From an uncultured Clostridia bacterium (lineage in GTDB: Bacteria; Bacillota; Clostridia; TANB77; CAG-508): a stretch of DNA of 64,000 nucleotides. The position numbers were made by a program, and so were the translations under genes. Positions 29,369 to 41,951 of the stretch are shown here, piece by piece. The notes under the pieces were generated by a model. The model made no database searches. It had not been told where the DNA came from and saw only the letters and a list, made by a program, of their open reading frames with translations. The number at the start of each line of letters is the position of its first letter. Positions within the stretch are counted from its first letter, which is position 1. Location: positions 2,129 to 66,128 of the forward strand of contig CANQOW010000001.1 in assembly GCA_947625545.1 (NCBI GenBank). The letters run 5' to 3'.

Positions 29369-30505
29369 ATGGAAAATTTAAAACTTATTATTGGGGGAGA
29401 TTTTGCACCAAGAAAATCAAATGAAAATTTAATAAAAACAGGGAATTTTATTGAAAAGTTAGATAAGAAATTTAAAGAATATTGGAATAATGCTGATTAT
29501 AGAATTCTTAATTTAGAATGTGTATTGTGTGAAGAAGAAGATAAAAAGATAAAAAAAAGTGGTTCTTATGTTGGATGCAGTCAAGAAAATATTAATGGAA
29601 TAAAATCTTTAAATCCTGATTTAATATGCCTTGGAAATAATCACATTTTAGATTATGGAAAATATGGTTTAGAAAAAACAATGGAATTATTAGAAAAAAA
29701 TAATTTAAAGTATACAGGTATTATAAAGAATAATAGTGATAATCTTTCTAAGATTATATTTAAAAAAGATAATTTAAAAATTGGAATATATAATGTTTGC
29801 GAAAATGAATTTTCTGCTGCAACATATTCAAATATGGGAACAAATGGACTTAATGAAGTAAAAAATTGTAAAGAAATTATGGAACTAAGTAAAACAACCG
29901 ATTATGTGGTAGTAATATTTCATGGAGGAAAAGAACATTATAGGTATGTTACACCTAATTGTCAAAGAATTTGTAGAAACTTTATTGATTTTGGAGCCAA
30001 TATAGTAATTACACAGCATACACATTGCGTTGGTTGTAAAGAAGAATATAATAATGGTACTATAATATATGGACAAGGAGATTTTTTATTTGATTCACCA
30101 TTAGAAGAAGACAGAAATACAGGTTTATTGATAGAAATAGATTTTACAAAAAATAGTTATATAATTGATTATATACCAATTGATAAAGAAGGTAGTTTAT
30201 TTAAAATTTCTAGTAATAATGATATAATAAATGGTTTTTTATCTAGAAGCGAAGAAATAAAAAATGAAGAAACAATATTAGAAAAATATAATGAGCTATG
30301 TGATGAAAAAATAAATGGATATTTAAAAGCAATAAGTGGAAATAAGTTAATATATAAATTAATGGATAAAATATATAATAAATATTTTTTAAATTATTAT
30401 TATAATGAAAAAAATTTATTAAAAATACTTAATTTTATTGATTGTGAATCACATAGAGAATTATTAAGGCAAGGTATAATTAACAGAATATCAAAAAAAA
30501 TATGA
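29369..30505 (+). CDS. CapA/PGA_cap-family metallophosphatase-like protein
   Basis: CapA-like calcineurin-type blocks (LGNNHILDYG, HGGKEH, GDFLFD). Confidence 0.7.
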   Translation: MENLKLIIGGDFAPRKSNENLIKTGNFIEKLDKKFKEYWNNADYRILNLECVLCEEEDKKIKKSGSYVGCSQENINGIKSLNPDLICLGNNHILDYGKYGLEKTMELLEKNNLKYTGIIKNNSDNLSKIIFKKDNLKIGIYNVCENEFSAATYSNMGTNGLNEVKNCKEIMELSKTTDYVVVIFHGGKEHYRYVTPNCQRICRNFIDFGANIVITQHTHCVGCKEEYNNGTIIYGQGDFLFDSPLEEDRNTGLLIEIDFTKNSYIIDYIPIDKEGSLFKISSNNDIINGFLSRSEEIKNEETILEKYNELCDEKINGYLKAISGNKLIYKLMDKIYNKYFLNYYYNEKNLLKILNFIDCESHRELLRQGIINRISKKI

Positions 30506-30518
30506 AAGAGAGGTTCTT

Positions 30519-31682
30519 ATGAAAGTTTTGTTTTGCGTATCTACTTATTATCCTGACAAAAATGGAATACAAAATGTTACACAATATCAAGCAGAGGGAT
30601 TAGCAAAATTAGGACATGATGTTACAGTAATTACAAGTAATCATATTAATCATAAAGAAAAAAATGAAATATATAATAATGTAAAAATAATTAGAATAGA
30701 CGCATTTACATCAAAAATGATAGATTATGGTAACAAAAATGAATATAAAGAATTATTATTGAATCAAAGTAAAATTAATGATATTATAATATGTGTTGGA
30801 CCAGAAACATGGGCTACTAATTGGGCAATATTATTTCAAAAATACATAAATTGTAAAAAAGTTCTAATGTTGCACGGAATGTATGAATTTGATTTATCAA
30901 ATACAAGGTTAGGATTATATCCAATTGGAAAAAAAATATTAAGAAACATAAAATGGGGAATTTTTTATAAAAAGAACATCAAAAATATAAGAAAATTTGA
31001 TGCTTTTATACATTTACATGAAAAAGATTATTCATATAAATACTATACAAAGAAAAAAATGTACAATAATTATATATTATATAATGCAGTAGATGATCAT
31101 TTTTTAGAAGATAATATAAATAAAGAAAATATAATTATTAATGTTGGTACATATTCTAAAAACAAAAATCAATTAGAATGTTTAAAAGTGTTTTACAAAT
31201 CTAATTTAAGTAATTACAAATTAATTTTAATAGGTAAACCTAAAAATAAATATTATGAAAGTTTGTTAAAATGTAAATTAGAATTTGATAAAAAGTATGG
31301 TTTTAGAAATGTTGAGATATATTTAGATATAGATAGGGAAGAAACTATTAAATTAATAAAAAAATCAAAAATATATTTATTAACTAGTTTTTCAGAAAAA
31401 TTTCCAATAAGCTTATTAGAAGGTATGGCATCAAAGTGTGCTTTTGTTTCAACAAATGTTGGAATTGTAAAATACTTACCTGGTGGAATTATAGGAAATA
31501 ACACAAATGAATTAGTAAAGGCATTAAATTCATTAAATGATTCAAAAATAATAAAGCAATATGCAGAAAAAGGATATGAATTTGTAATTGAAAATTCCAA
31601 AATAGATATACAGGTACAAAAATTAGAAAGTATAATTAAAGAAACGTTACATAAAAAAGAGAAAAAAGAGGAGAAAAAATGA
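30519..31682 (+). CDS. GT4 glycosyltransferase
   Basis: GT-B fold with a C-terminal EKFPISLLEGMASKCAFVST motif. Confidence 0.8.
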   Translation: MKVLFCVSTYYPDKNGIQNVTQYQAEGLAKLGHDVTVITSNHINHKEKNEIYNNVKIIRIDAFTSKMIDYGNKNEYKELLLNQSKINDIIICVGPETWATNWAILFQKYINCKKVLMLHGMYEFDLSNTRLGLYPIGKKILRNIKWGIFYKKNIKNIRKFDAFIHLHEKDYSYKYYTKKKMYNNYILYNAVDDHFLEDNINKENIIINVGTYSKNKNQLECLKVFYKSNLSNYKLILIGKPKNKYYESLLKCKLEFDKKYGFRNVEIYLDIDREETIKLIKKSKIYLLTSFSEKFPISLLEGMASKCAFVSTNVGIVKYLPGGIIGNNTNELVKALNSLNDSKIIKQYAEKGYEFVIENSKIDIQVQKLESIIKETLHKKEKKEEKK

Positions 31683-33190
31683 GAAGTGAGAAAGCAATAA
31701 AAAATATAATTGCATATGCTATTTTACAAATAGTAACATTTATATGTGGCTTAATAGTTCCTAGATTAATATTAAAAAGTTTTGGATCAGATGTAAATGG
31801 ATTAATAAATTCGATTACACAATTTTTAGCCTATATTACTTTATTGGAATCAGGTTTTGGACCAGTAGTAAAATCAATATTATATAAACCAATAGCAAAT
31901 AAAGAAAAAAATAAAATTGAAGCAATACTTAAATCAACTGAAAAATTTTTTAGAAAAATTGCAATTATATTTATTATATATATAATTGTATTATGTTTAG
32001 TATATCCAAGTTTTGTAAATAATTCATTTGATGCTTTTTATACTATATCATTAATTTTAATAATAGGTATATCAACATTTGCAGAGTATTTTTTTGGAAT
32101 GACATATAAATTATACATACAAGCAGAACAAAAGGGGTATGTTACAGCAAGTATTCAAATAATAACAACTATTCTTAATACAATTTTAATTCTTATTTTA
32201 ATTAATTTTGGGGCAAGTATTCAAGTAGTAAAATTAGTTAGCGCAATTATTTTTATAATGCGACCAATTTTGCAAAATATATATGTAAGAAAGCAATATA
32301 ATATTAATTTAAAAGACGTAAAAGAAAATTATGAAATAAAGCAAAAATGGGATGGACTTGCTCAACATATTGCTGGTGTTGTTCACGGAAAAACAGATGT
32401 GTTAATATTAACTTTATTTTCAAAAATAAAAGAAATATCAGTATATTCAGTATATTTTTTAGTAATTAATGGTGTAAGAAATCTTATTACAATTTTATCC
32501 AATGGTATAGAAGCAGCATTTGGTAATATGATGGCAAATGGGGAAAAAGAAAATCTAAATAAAAAATTTAGTTTGTATGAATTTATATATTTTACAACAA
32601 TAACAATAGTATATGCGTGTACAATATTATTAATAGTACCATTTGTTAAAGTTTATACAAATGGAATTAATGATGTGGAATATGAAAGAAAGATTTTTGC
32701 ATATATTATAGTTATGGCATATTTTATCCATGCTATAAAAACTCCTTATAATAGTTTAGCACATACTGCTGGAAAATTTAAAGAAACTCAAAAAGGTGCA
32801 TGGATCGAGGCTGGTTCTAATTTAATTATTTCACTGTTATTAGTAGGTAAATTAGGACTTGTAGGAGTAGCAATTGGAACATTAGTATCTGTTTTTATAA
32901 GAGGTGTAGAGTTTTTAATTTATACTAGTAAAAATATATTAGATAGAAAAGTATCAAAAGCTATAATTAGAAGTTGTATATCAATTATACAATTAATCTT
33001 TATAACAATTATAGGAAATTATTTTTTTGATTTAGAAGTTTTATCATATTTTAATTGGTTTATATTAGCAATAAAAATTTTTATCATTGCTTGTATAGTA
33101 ATAATTCCATTTAATTTATTATTTTATAAAACAGAAAGAAAAGATTTTAGTGTAATTCTAAAAAATATAATAGGGAGGAAACAAAAATGA
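31679..33190 (+). CDS. Wzx-type oligosaccharide flippase (MOP superfamily)
   Basis: 503 aa with ~12-14 TM helices. Overlaps its neighbours, operon-style. Confidence 0.75.
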   Translation: MRSEKAIKNIIAYAILQIVTFICGLIVPRLILKSFGSDVNGLINSITQFLAYITLLESGFGPVVKSILYKPIANKEKNKIEAILKSTEKFFRKIAIIFIIYIIVLCLVYPSFVNNSFDAFYTISLILIIGISTFAEYFFGMTYKLYIQAEQKGYVTASIQIITTILNTILILILINFGASIQVVKLVSAIIFIMRPILQNIYVRKQYNINLKDVKENYEIKQKWDGLAQHIAGVVHGKTDVLILTLFSKIKEISVYSVYFLVINGVRNLITILSNGIEAAFGNMMANGEKENLNKKFSLYEFIYFTTITIVYACTILLIVPFVKVYTNGINDVEYERKIFAYIIVMAYFIHAIKTPYNSLAHTAGKFKETQKGAWIEAGSNLIISLLLVGKLGLVGVAIGTLVSVFIRGVEFLIYTSKNILDRKVSKAIIRSCISIIQLIFITIIGNYFFDLEVLSYFNWFILAIKIFIIACIVIIPFNLLFYKTERKDFSVILKNIIGRKQK

Positions 33191-34347
33191 AAATTTGTTT
33201 TTTATATTATTCAATATTTACATTAGGAGGTATTCAAAGTTGTTTAACAATTCTTTCAAATTATCTTGTAAGTAAAGGATATGACGTAACAATAATATGT
33301 TCAAATAGAAAACAACCAGTTGATAGAGATATTTATGGATTAGATGAAAGAGTAAATATTATTTTTATAAATGAAATTAATGTTATAAAAAAACTTGCTC
33401 ATAGATTATTAGAAAAGATAGTAAATTTTGTTGACAAATCAAATTATTTAAAAAACAATGAAAAAATATTAGAATTTTTATGTTATTCCTATTGTGGAAA
33501 AAATCTAGAAAAAATAATTAAAGAAAATAAATTTGATATTGTTATAAGCTGTGGTTCATATTTTAATATGTTATTATCTTTATTAAATATAGGAGATGTA
33601 AAAAAAATTGGTTGGCAACATCATTGTTATGAAAGATATTTTAGTAATAAATATTATAAACAAGAGAAATTGTTAAAAAAAATGTTTACTAATTTAAATA
33701 AATATATGGTACTAATAGATGATGATAAGAAAAAAATAAAAACAATTAATGGATATGAATCAACTAGAATATATAATCCAACAAGATTTATACAAGAGAA
33801 TAAAAGTAATTTGGAAAATAAAAAATTTTTATCAGTAGGTAGATTAGCAAAAGATAAAGGATTTGATATATTAATAAAAAACTTTAAGGAATTTAATAAT
33901 AAAAATAAAGAATGGACGTTAGATATATATGGTGAAGGTCCAGAGAAAGAAAATTTATTACAAATGATTAACAATTTAGAACTAACACAATACGTAAAAA
34001 TACATAATAAAACAAATGAAATAAAGAAGGTATATCGAGAAGCATCAATATATTGTCTAACATCGCGTTATGAAGGTCTTCCAATGGTAATCTTAGAAGC
34101 GATGGAAACTGGATTACCAGTTATTGCATATAATCTTCCATGTATATGCGAAGTAATTAGAGATAAAGAAGGAATAATTGTACCAATAGGAGATGATGAA
34201 ACATATATTAATTCAATGCTAGAATTAGCAAATAATAAACAAAAGAGACAAGAAATATCAGAAAATGCAATAAAAAGAGCAAAAGATTTTTATATAGAAC
34301 AAATAGGTCCGCAATGGGAAAAAATTTTTCAAGATTTAATGAAATAA
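33187..34347 (+). CDS. GT4 glycosyltransferase
   Basis: EGLPMVILEAMETGLPVIA motif, GT-B. Confidence 0.8.
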   Translation: MKICFLYYSIFTLGGIQSCLTILSNYLVSKGYDVTIICSNRKQPVDRDIYGLDERVNIIFINEINVIKKLAHRLLEKIVNFVDKSNYLKNNEKILEFLCYSYCGKNLEKIIKENKFDIVISCGSYFNMLLSLLNIGDVKKIGWQHHCYERYFSNKYYKQEKLLKKMFTNLNKYMVLIDDDKKKIKTINGYESTRIYNPTRFIQENKSNLENKKFLSVGRLAKDKGFDILIKNFKEFNNKNKEWTLDIYGEGPEKENLLQMINNLELTQYVKIHNKTNEIKKVYREASIYCLTSRYEGLPMVILEAMETGLPVIAYNLPCICEVIRDKEGIIVPIGDDETYINSMLELANNKQKRQEISENAIKRAKDFYIEQIGPQWEKIFQDLMK

Positions 34348-34370
34348 AAAATGAACAAAAGAGGTAAAAA

Positions 34371-36791
34371 ATGAATAAAATTAATAGAAATAGGTTTATA
34401 ATGTTAATTATATTTTTTATTAGTTGTAGTACAATATATTATTATATAAATAATATGGTATATGTACATATGAATAAAGTTAAGCTTAATAATATTGATA
34501 AAATGCTAAATGAGCCAATTGATTTAAATACTGGCTTAATAAATAATGATTATTGGAACATAAGTTCAAATGGTACAAATGCAACTGAAACCAGAAAAGG
34601 AATAAATGATGCTATAGAATATGCAAGCCAAAATAAAATTGAATATATAAAATTAGAAAAAGGTATATATTTGGTTGATAATATTCTTGTTGATAAATAT
34701 CAAAGAAGTATAATATTAAAGTCTAATTTAAATTTAGACTTAAATGGTTCTATAATACAAATACAACCTAATAGTGATACTAGATATGGAATAATTACTG
34801 CTTATGATATCAATAATGCTTCAATATATAATGGCATTTTAATTGGTGATAGATATGAACATACATATTCAGAAAATTCTACACATGAATGGGGAATGGG
34901 AGTTGATATAAGAGGATGTCGAAATATATTAGTTTCTAATTTAGAAATATACAATATGACGGGAGATGGAATATATTTAAGTCAATATGAAAACGAAAAA
35001 CAATTATCTGAAGATATAAATATAAGTAATTGTCATATATATAATACAAGAAGACAAGGAATTTCTATAATTACTGCTAATAATGTAAAAATATATAATA
35101 ATGAAATACATGATATAAATGGAACACTACCATTAGCATGTATTAATTTAGAAAGTAATTATAGCACTCAAATTATTAAAAATATATTTATATATAATAA
35201 TAAATTATATAATTCTAAAAGTAAAAAAGCAGTCTTTATTTTTTCTAAAGTAGAAAATGTATATATAAATAACAATGAAATATATGGTGACATTAATATA
35301 AATGAAAATAAAAACAGTAATAATGATAAAATTTTTATTAAAGATAATAACATTTTAAAAGAGAAAAAAAATTTGTTTAACGGAGAAGATATTAGCATAA
35401 CTGATAATTTTAAAGATACTAATTTAAAAAATGCAATATTAGAATTAGTAGGAAAAACAAGTGATGATTTGATATATGAATCTGATATAGCAAAAATAGC
35501 ATCAGATGGTGTACCAGGAGGAAAACAATTAAATTTATCTAATAAAGGAATAACTAAACTTGATGGAATAGAAATATTTGCTAAATACAATTTAGAATGG
35601 TTATATATAGATAACAATAATATAGAAGATTTATCTCCGATTTCTTCAATACAATCATTAACAAAATTAAATGCAAGTAATAATAATATAACTAATATAA
35701 CATCTTTACAAACTTTAATGAACTTAAAAACAATTAATTTAATCAATAATAGTATAGAAGATGTATCAATATTAAGTAATATGAACAATTTAGAATATTT
35801 ATATTTAAATAATAATAAAATAAAAAGTTTAGATAGTGTAAGTAATTTAAATACAATAAAAGAAATATATTGTGAAGAAAATGAAATTGAAAATATAGAT
35901 AATATATTAAATTTATTAAATATAGAAAAAATAAATGCTAGGAAAAATAAAATAAAAAATATAGTAGGTAATATTAATTCTGAAACTTTAAAATATTTAA
36001 ACATAAGTGAAAATAATTTAACAGATATATCTGGGTTAACTGAAAATAAAATAAGTTATTTAAACTTAAATAATCAATCTATAAAATTATATACCGGACA
36101 AATAGTAGATAGTGAGTACGTACAAATAAATTTACCTAAAATATTTAGTATGATTGACGATACATATAATATTGAAATAGAAAATTTAAGTTACTATGAA
36201 TTTAAAGATAATAATTCAATAATAATATTAACAAATGAATTTATAGCAAATGGGTTAAAAATTAAAGTTTTAAAGGATGATTATACTTATATTAATTATA
36301 CAATTATAATTGATAATGAAATATATAATGGATTAAAAGAAAAATATAATATTATAAGAACACCAAAGGAATTTATACTTACAGGAATAAACTTAGAAAA
36401 AAATAAAATACAAGATTTTATACAAGAATTAAATTTAAATGAAAAAAATACAATATCATTTAATAAAAATAATGATATTGTTAATATAGAAGATATTATA
36501 ACAACAGGAACAAGAATGCAAGTATTTAATACAGAAAAAAATTACTATCAAGATTATACTATAGTTGTATATGGAGATACAACTGGAGATGGAGATATAA
36601 ATTCATTAGATGCATTAAATGTAATATATAATAAATTAAATTTTGATAATTTACAACTTGATATAAATGATGCTTATGTGGAAGCGGGAAGAGTAACTGA
36701 AGAGACAAGAAATGAAATAGCAATACCCAGTTCAGTAGATGCTTTGGCAATAATAAAACATAAATTAGAATTGAATGAAATAAAACAATAA
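34371..36791 (+). CDS. surface protein: N-terminal anchor, pectate-lyase-like beta-helix, internalin-type LRRs, C-terminal dockerin-like Ca-binding segment
   Basis: Beta-helix repeats (NISNCHIYNTRRQGISIITANNVKIYNNEIHD). About 10 LRRs of 22 aa (LxxLxxLxLxNNxIxDIS). GDTTGDGDINSLDALNVIYNKL resembles a dockerin/EF-hand repeat. Confidence 0.6.
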   Translation: MNKINRNRFIMLIIFFISCSTIYYYINNMVYVHMNKVKLNNIDKMLNEPIDLNTGLINNDYWNISSNGTNATETRKGINDAIEYASQNKIEYIKLEKGIYLVDNILVDKYQRSIILKSNLNLDLNGSIIQIQPNSDTRYGIITAYDINNASIYNGILIGDRYEHTYSENSTHEWGMGVDIRGCRNILVSNLEIYNMTGDGIYLSQYENEKQLSEDINISNCHIYNTRRQGISIITANNVKIYNNEIHDINGTLPLACINLESNYSTQIIKNIFIYNNKLYNSKSKKAVFIFSKVENVYINNNEIYGDININENKNSNNDKIFIKDNNILKEKKNLFNGEDISITDNFKDTNLKNAILELVGKTSDDLIYESDIAKIASDGVPGGKQLNLSNKGITKLDGIEIFAKYNLEWLYIDNNNIEDLSPISSIQSLTKLNASNNNITNITSLQTLMNLKTINLINNSIEDVSILSNMNNLEYLYLNNNKIKSLDSVSNLNTIKEIYCEENEIENIDNILNLLNIEKINARKNKIKNIVGNINSETLKYLNISENNLTDISGLTENKISYLNLNNQSIKLYTGQIVDSEYVQINLPKIFSMIDDTYNIEIENLSYYEFKDNNSIIILTNEFIANGLKIKVLKDDYTYINYTIIIDNEIYNGLKEKYNIIRTPKEFILTGINLEKNKIQDFIQELNLNEKNTISFNKNNDIVNIEDIITTGTRMQVFNTEKNYYQDYTIVVYGDTTGDGDINSLDALNVIYNKLNFDNLQLDINDAYVEAGRVTEETRNEIAIPSSVDALAIIKHKLELNEIKQ

Positions 36792-36812
36792 AAATAAATT
36801 AAAGAAAGAAGA

Positions 36813-38042
<1,230 letters not shown>

Positions 38043-38056
38043 TAATTCAAAATATC

Positions 38057-38085
38057 TTGACAAACTGTTAAAAATTTTGTAAAAT
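38057..38085 (+). promoter_or_regulatory. near-consensus sigma70 promoter TTGACA-N17-TAAAAT
   Basis: TTGACA at 38057-38062 and TAAAAT at 38080-38085, followed by a GAGGAAAGAG RBS and the ATG at 38119. Confidence 0.55.
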
Positions 38086-38118
38086 ATATAAAAAAAATGA
38101 GGAAAGAGATAGAAAAAT

Positions 38119-38202
<84 letters not shown>

Positions 38203-38226
38203 AAATAAAAAATAAGTAAATAATAT

Positions 38227-38270
38227 GAAAAACAGAACTAATTTTTTATAAATTGAGTTCTGTTTTTGTT
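38227..38270 (+). terminator. rho-independent terminator-like hairpin
   Basis: aaaaacagaact...agttctgttttt stem followed by tttttgttgttt. Confidence 0.5.
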
Positions 38271-38293
38271 GTTTATAAAGAAAGAGTGATAAT

Positions 38294-40078
38294 ATGAAAG
38301 AACTAGAATATCCATTTGACGTTAATTACATAATGAAGAACAAGAAAAAAATGAAAAAAGAACTTCTATTAAAACCGGGACTAATAGAAAAAAATATAGC
38401 AATATTAGGAGGCTCAACAACAAGTGAAATAAAAAATATGTTAGAATTATTTTTATTAAACTATGGAATAAAATCAAATTTCTATGAATCAGAATATAAT
38501 AAATTCTATGAAGATGCAATGTTTGGTAACGAAGAATTAGATAACTTTAAACCAGATATTATCTATATACATACAACAAATAGAAATATTATAGAATATC
38601 CTAATATGTATGACGACGAGAAAATTATTGAAGACAAACTAAACTATGAATATAATAAATTTTCAAAAATATGGGAAAAACTATTTGAAAAATTTAATGC
38701 AACAATAATACAAAATAACTTTGAATACCCATATTATCGTCTATTAGGAAATAAAGATGCAAGTGATATTCACGGAAGAACAAACTTTATAACAAGATTA
38801 AATCAAAAATTTTATGAATATGCACAAAATCATAAAAACTTTTTCATAAATGATATAAACTACGTATCTTCATGCTATGGCTTAGATAAATGGGCAAATC
38901 AATTCTATTGGCATATGTATAAATATGCTATGGAAGTACCTGCAATACCATATTTATCATTTAATATAGCAAACATAATAAAATCTATATATGGAAAAAA
39001 TAAAAAAGCATTTGTATTAGACTTAGATAATACTTTATGGGGAGGAATAGTTGGAGATGATGGCGTAGAAAATTTAGCGATAGGACCAGAAGTACCAAGT
39101 GGACAAGTTTATACAGAATTCCAAAATTATTTAAAAGAATATAAAGATTTAGGAATTATATTAAATGTAAATTCTAAAAATGAATATGAAAATGCAATAG
39201 CAGGTTTAAACCACCCAGCAGGAACATTAAAACCAGATGATTTTATCATAATAAAGGCAAATTGGAATCCTAAAAATCTTAATATAAAAGATATAGCAGA
39301 AGAATTAAATTTAGGAGCAGATAGTTTTGTTTTTGTTGATGATAATCCAGCAGAAAGAAAAATATGTAGAGAATATATAGATGGACTTTCAACACCTGAG
39401 ATAGATGTACCAGAAAATTATATAAAAATAATAGATAAAAATGCTTACTTTGAAATGACGAACTTTTCAAATGAAGATTTAAAGAAAAATGAATTATATA
39501 AAGATAATGCAAAAAGAAGTCAAATGATGGCAACATTTGATAATTATGATGATTATTTAAAATCATTGAATATGAAAGCAGAAATTTCTACTTTTAAACC
39601 AATTTACTTAGAAAGAATATCACAATTAAGTAATAAAAGTAATCAATTTAATTTAACAACAAAAAGATATTCATTAGCAGATATAGAAGCGGTTAACAAT
39701 GATGAAAACTATATAAAATTATATGGAAAATTAGAAGATATATTTGGAGATAATGGTGTTATAACAGTTGTAATAGGAAATATAAAAAATAATGATGAAT
39801 TACATATAGATTTATGGATAATGAGTTGTAGAGTATTAAAAAGAAATATGGAATTTGCAATGATGGACAAGTTAGTAGAAAAAGCAAAAGAAAAAGGGAT
39901 TAAAACAATATATGGTTATTATTATCCAACACTAAAAAACAAGATGGTAAAAGACTTTTATAGTACAACACAAGGATTTGAAGAAATATCTTGTGATAGT
40001 GAAGGAAATAAAATATATAAATTAGATATATCAAATGGATATACTAATAAAAATAATGTAATAGAGGTGTATGAATAA
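38294..40078 (+). CDS. FkbH-like domain / HAD-IIIC family protein with C-terminal acyltransferase-like domain (predicted ACP-loading enzyme)
   Basis: HAD motif I VLDLDNTLWGG and a HAD-IIIC-type core. C-terminal ~150 aa is GNAT-like. The stop overlaps the ACP start (ATGA). Confidence 0.65.
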   Translation: MKELEYPFDVNYIMKNKKKMKKELLLKPGLIEKNIAILGGSTTSEIKNMLELFLLNYGIKSNFYESEYNKFYEDAMFGNEELDNFKPDIIYIHTTNRNIIEYPNMYDDEKIIEDKLNYEYNKFSKIWEKLFEKFNATIIQNNFEYPYYRLLGNKDASDIHGRTNFITRLNQKFYEYAQNHKNFFINDINYVSSCYGLDKWANQFYWHMYKYAMEVPAIPYLSFNIANIIKSIYGKNKKAFVLDLDNTLWGGIVGDDGVENLAIGPEVPSGQVYTEFQNYLKEYKDLGIILNVNSKNEYENAIAGLNHPAGTLKPDDFIIIKANWNPKNLNIKDIAEELNLGADSFVFVDDNPAERKICREYIDGLSTPEIDVPENYIKIIDKNAYFEMTNFSNEDLKKNELYKDNAKRSQMMATFDNYDDYLKSLNMKAEISTFKPIYLERISQLSNKSNQFNLTTKRYSLADIEAVNNDENYIKLYGKLEDIFGDNGVITVVIGNIKNNDELHIDLWIMSCRVLKRNMEFAMMDKLVEKAKEKGIKTIYGYYYPTLKNKMVKDFYSTTQGFEEISCDSEGNKIYKLDISNGYTNKNNVIEVYE

Positions 40079-40320
40079 TGGAAAGAGAAGAAATTTTTGA
40101 AAGATTAAACGGTGTATTTAGAGATGTTTTTGATGACGATAGCATAGTTGTAACAGAAACAACAACTGCAAAAGATATTGAAGATTGGGACAGTTTAGAG
40201 CATATTAATTTAGTTGTTGCAGTAGAGCAAGAATTTGGAATTAAATTTAATATGGGTGAAGTAACAACAATGAAAAATGTTGGAGATATGGTAGATATAA
40301 TTATTTCGAGAATATCTTAA
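40078..40320 (+). CDS. acyl carrier protein
   Basis: 80 aa, acidic, DSL phosphopantetheine-attachment motif (EDWDSLEHINLV). Confidence 0.85.
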   Translation: MEREEIFERLNGVFRDVFDDDSIVVTETTTAKDIEDWDSLEHINLVVAVEQEFGIKFNMGEVTTMKNVGDMVDIIISRIS

Positions 40321-40397
40321 AATTATAATAATTTCACCAATTATAAAAATATTGTAATTGGTGATATTTATTTTTTTAATAAAATAGGGGGATAAAA

Positions 40398-41939
40398 ATG
40401 AACTTAACAACATTAACTTTTTTAGTATTTTGTTTTATAACAATACTTATATACTTCGTAATACCTAAAAAATTTCAATGGGTAGTTTTATTAATATCAA
40501 GTATCATATTTTTATTTTATGATAATTTACATATAAGTACAGTTATACAAGCATTATTAATATTAATTCCAAGTTATATAATTGGTATTCAAATAGAAAA
40601 AAATAGTAATACCAAAAAAGGAAAAATATTTTTAATAGCAGGAACATTAATTATTTTAGCACAATTATTTTACTTAAAATATACAAATTTATTTTTAGCA
40701 ACATTTAATCATATATTTAATTTATTTAAAATTGATTATCAATTTGACTTTGTATATAGAAATTCATTAATAGGAATAAGTTACTATTCTTTAATAATGA
40801 TAAGTTACTTAGTAGATATATACAGAGGAACGTGTAATGCACAAAAAAATATTTTTAAGTGTGCATTATTTATGTCATATTTTCCAATATTAACATCAGG
40901 ACCATTTATTAGATATGGAAGTGTCGGAAAAGAATTATATGAAGGACATAAATTTAACTATGATAGAATGGTTAGAGGATTAGTTAGAATATTATGGGGT
41001 GTGTTTAAAATACTAGTTATTTCACAAAGATTAGGTATGTTTGTAGATAGTGTTTATGGAAATTTAGAACTATTTAATTTTATATTTACATTTGCTGCTA
41101 TGATAGCATTTACACTACAATTATATACTAACTTTTCAGGTTCAATAGATGTAATAATGGGAATTTCAGAAATTATAGGAATAAAATTACCAGAAAACTT
41201 TACTTTACCATTCTTTTCAAAAACTGTTACAGAATTGTGGAGAAATTGGCATATAACATTAGGTGCATGGCTAAAAGATTATATTTTTTACCCATTACTA
41301 AAATCTGATTTTATGCAAAAATTGAATAAAAAATGTCAAAAAAGATTTGGTAAAAAAGTTGGTAAAAAAATACCTATGTATCTTTCAATGTTAATTATGT
41401 GGATTATAATTGGCGCATGGCACGGTGGAGCATATACATTTATTATAGGTTCTGGAATTTTACAATTTGTATATATGTTTTTAGAAGATACATTAGGACA
41501 AATTTCTGATAAAATTAATAAAAAATTGGGAATTAGAAAAGATGTATTTAGTTATAAATTGTATCAAGTAATAAGAACATTCTTATTATTCTCATTTGCA
41601 ATGATATTCTTTAGAGCATCAAGTTTAACAAATGCATTTGAAATTATAAAAAATATATTTATAATTAATTTAGGTACATTAATGAATAAAGATGCATTAT
41701 TGAATATGATAACTAATATGGGATTAGATATATACGATTTTGCTATTTTATTTGTTTCTTTAATAATTTTATTTATTATGCAATTATTGGCACGAAAAAG
41801 AGATGTACGTGAGAAACTTTTAGAACAAAATATTATATTTAGATGGGTAATACTATATATATTAATTTTTACAATAATAATTTTTGGATGTTATGGTGCT
41901 GGTTATGATGCAACAGCATTTATATATAGACAATTTTAA
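40398..41939 (+). CDS. MBOAT-family membrane O-acyltransferase (DltB/AlgI-like)
   Basis: WRNWHITLGAWLKDYIFYPL and the conserved His in IIGAWHGGAYT, ~11 TM. Confidence 0.85.
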   Translation: MNLTTLTFLVFCFITILIYFVIPKKFQWVVLLISSIIFLFYDNLHISTVIQALLILIPSYIIGIQIEKNSNTKKGKIFLIAGTLIILAQLFYLKYTNLFLATFNHIFNLFKIDYQFDFVYRNSLIGISYYSLIMISYLVDIYRGTCNAQKNIFKCALFMSYFPILTSGPFIRYGSVGKELYEGHKFNYDRMVRGLVRILWGVFKILVISQRLGMFVDSVYGNLELFNFIFTFAAMIAFTLQLYTNFSGSIDVIMGISEIIGIKLPENFTLPFFSKTVTELWRNWHITLGAWLKDYIFYPLLKSDFMQKLNKKCQKRFGKKVGKKIPMYLSMLIMWIIIGAWHGGAYTFIIGSGILQFVYMFLEDTLGQISDKINKKLGIRKDVFSYKLYQVIRTFLLFSFAMIFFRASSLTNAFEIIKNIFIINLGTLMNKDALLNMITNMGLDIYDFAILFVSLIILFIMQLLARKRDVREKLLEQNIIFRWVILYILIFTIIIFGCYGAGYDATAFIYRQF

Positions 41940-41951
41940 GGAGGAGAAAAA

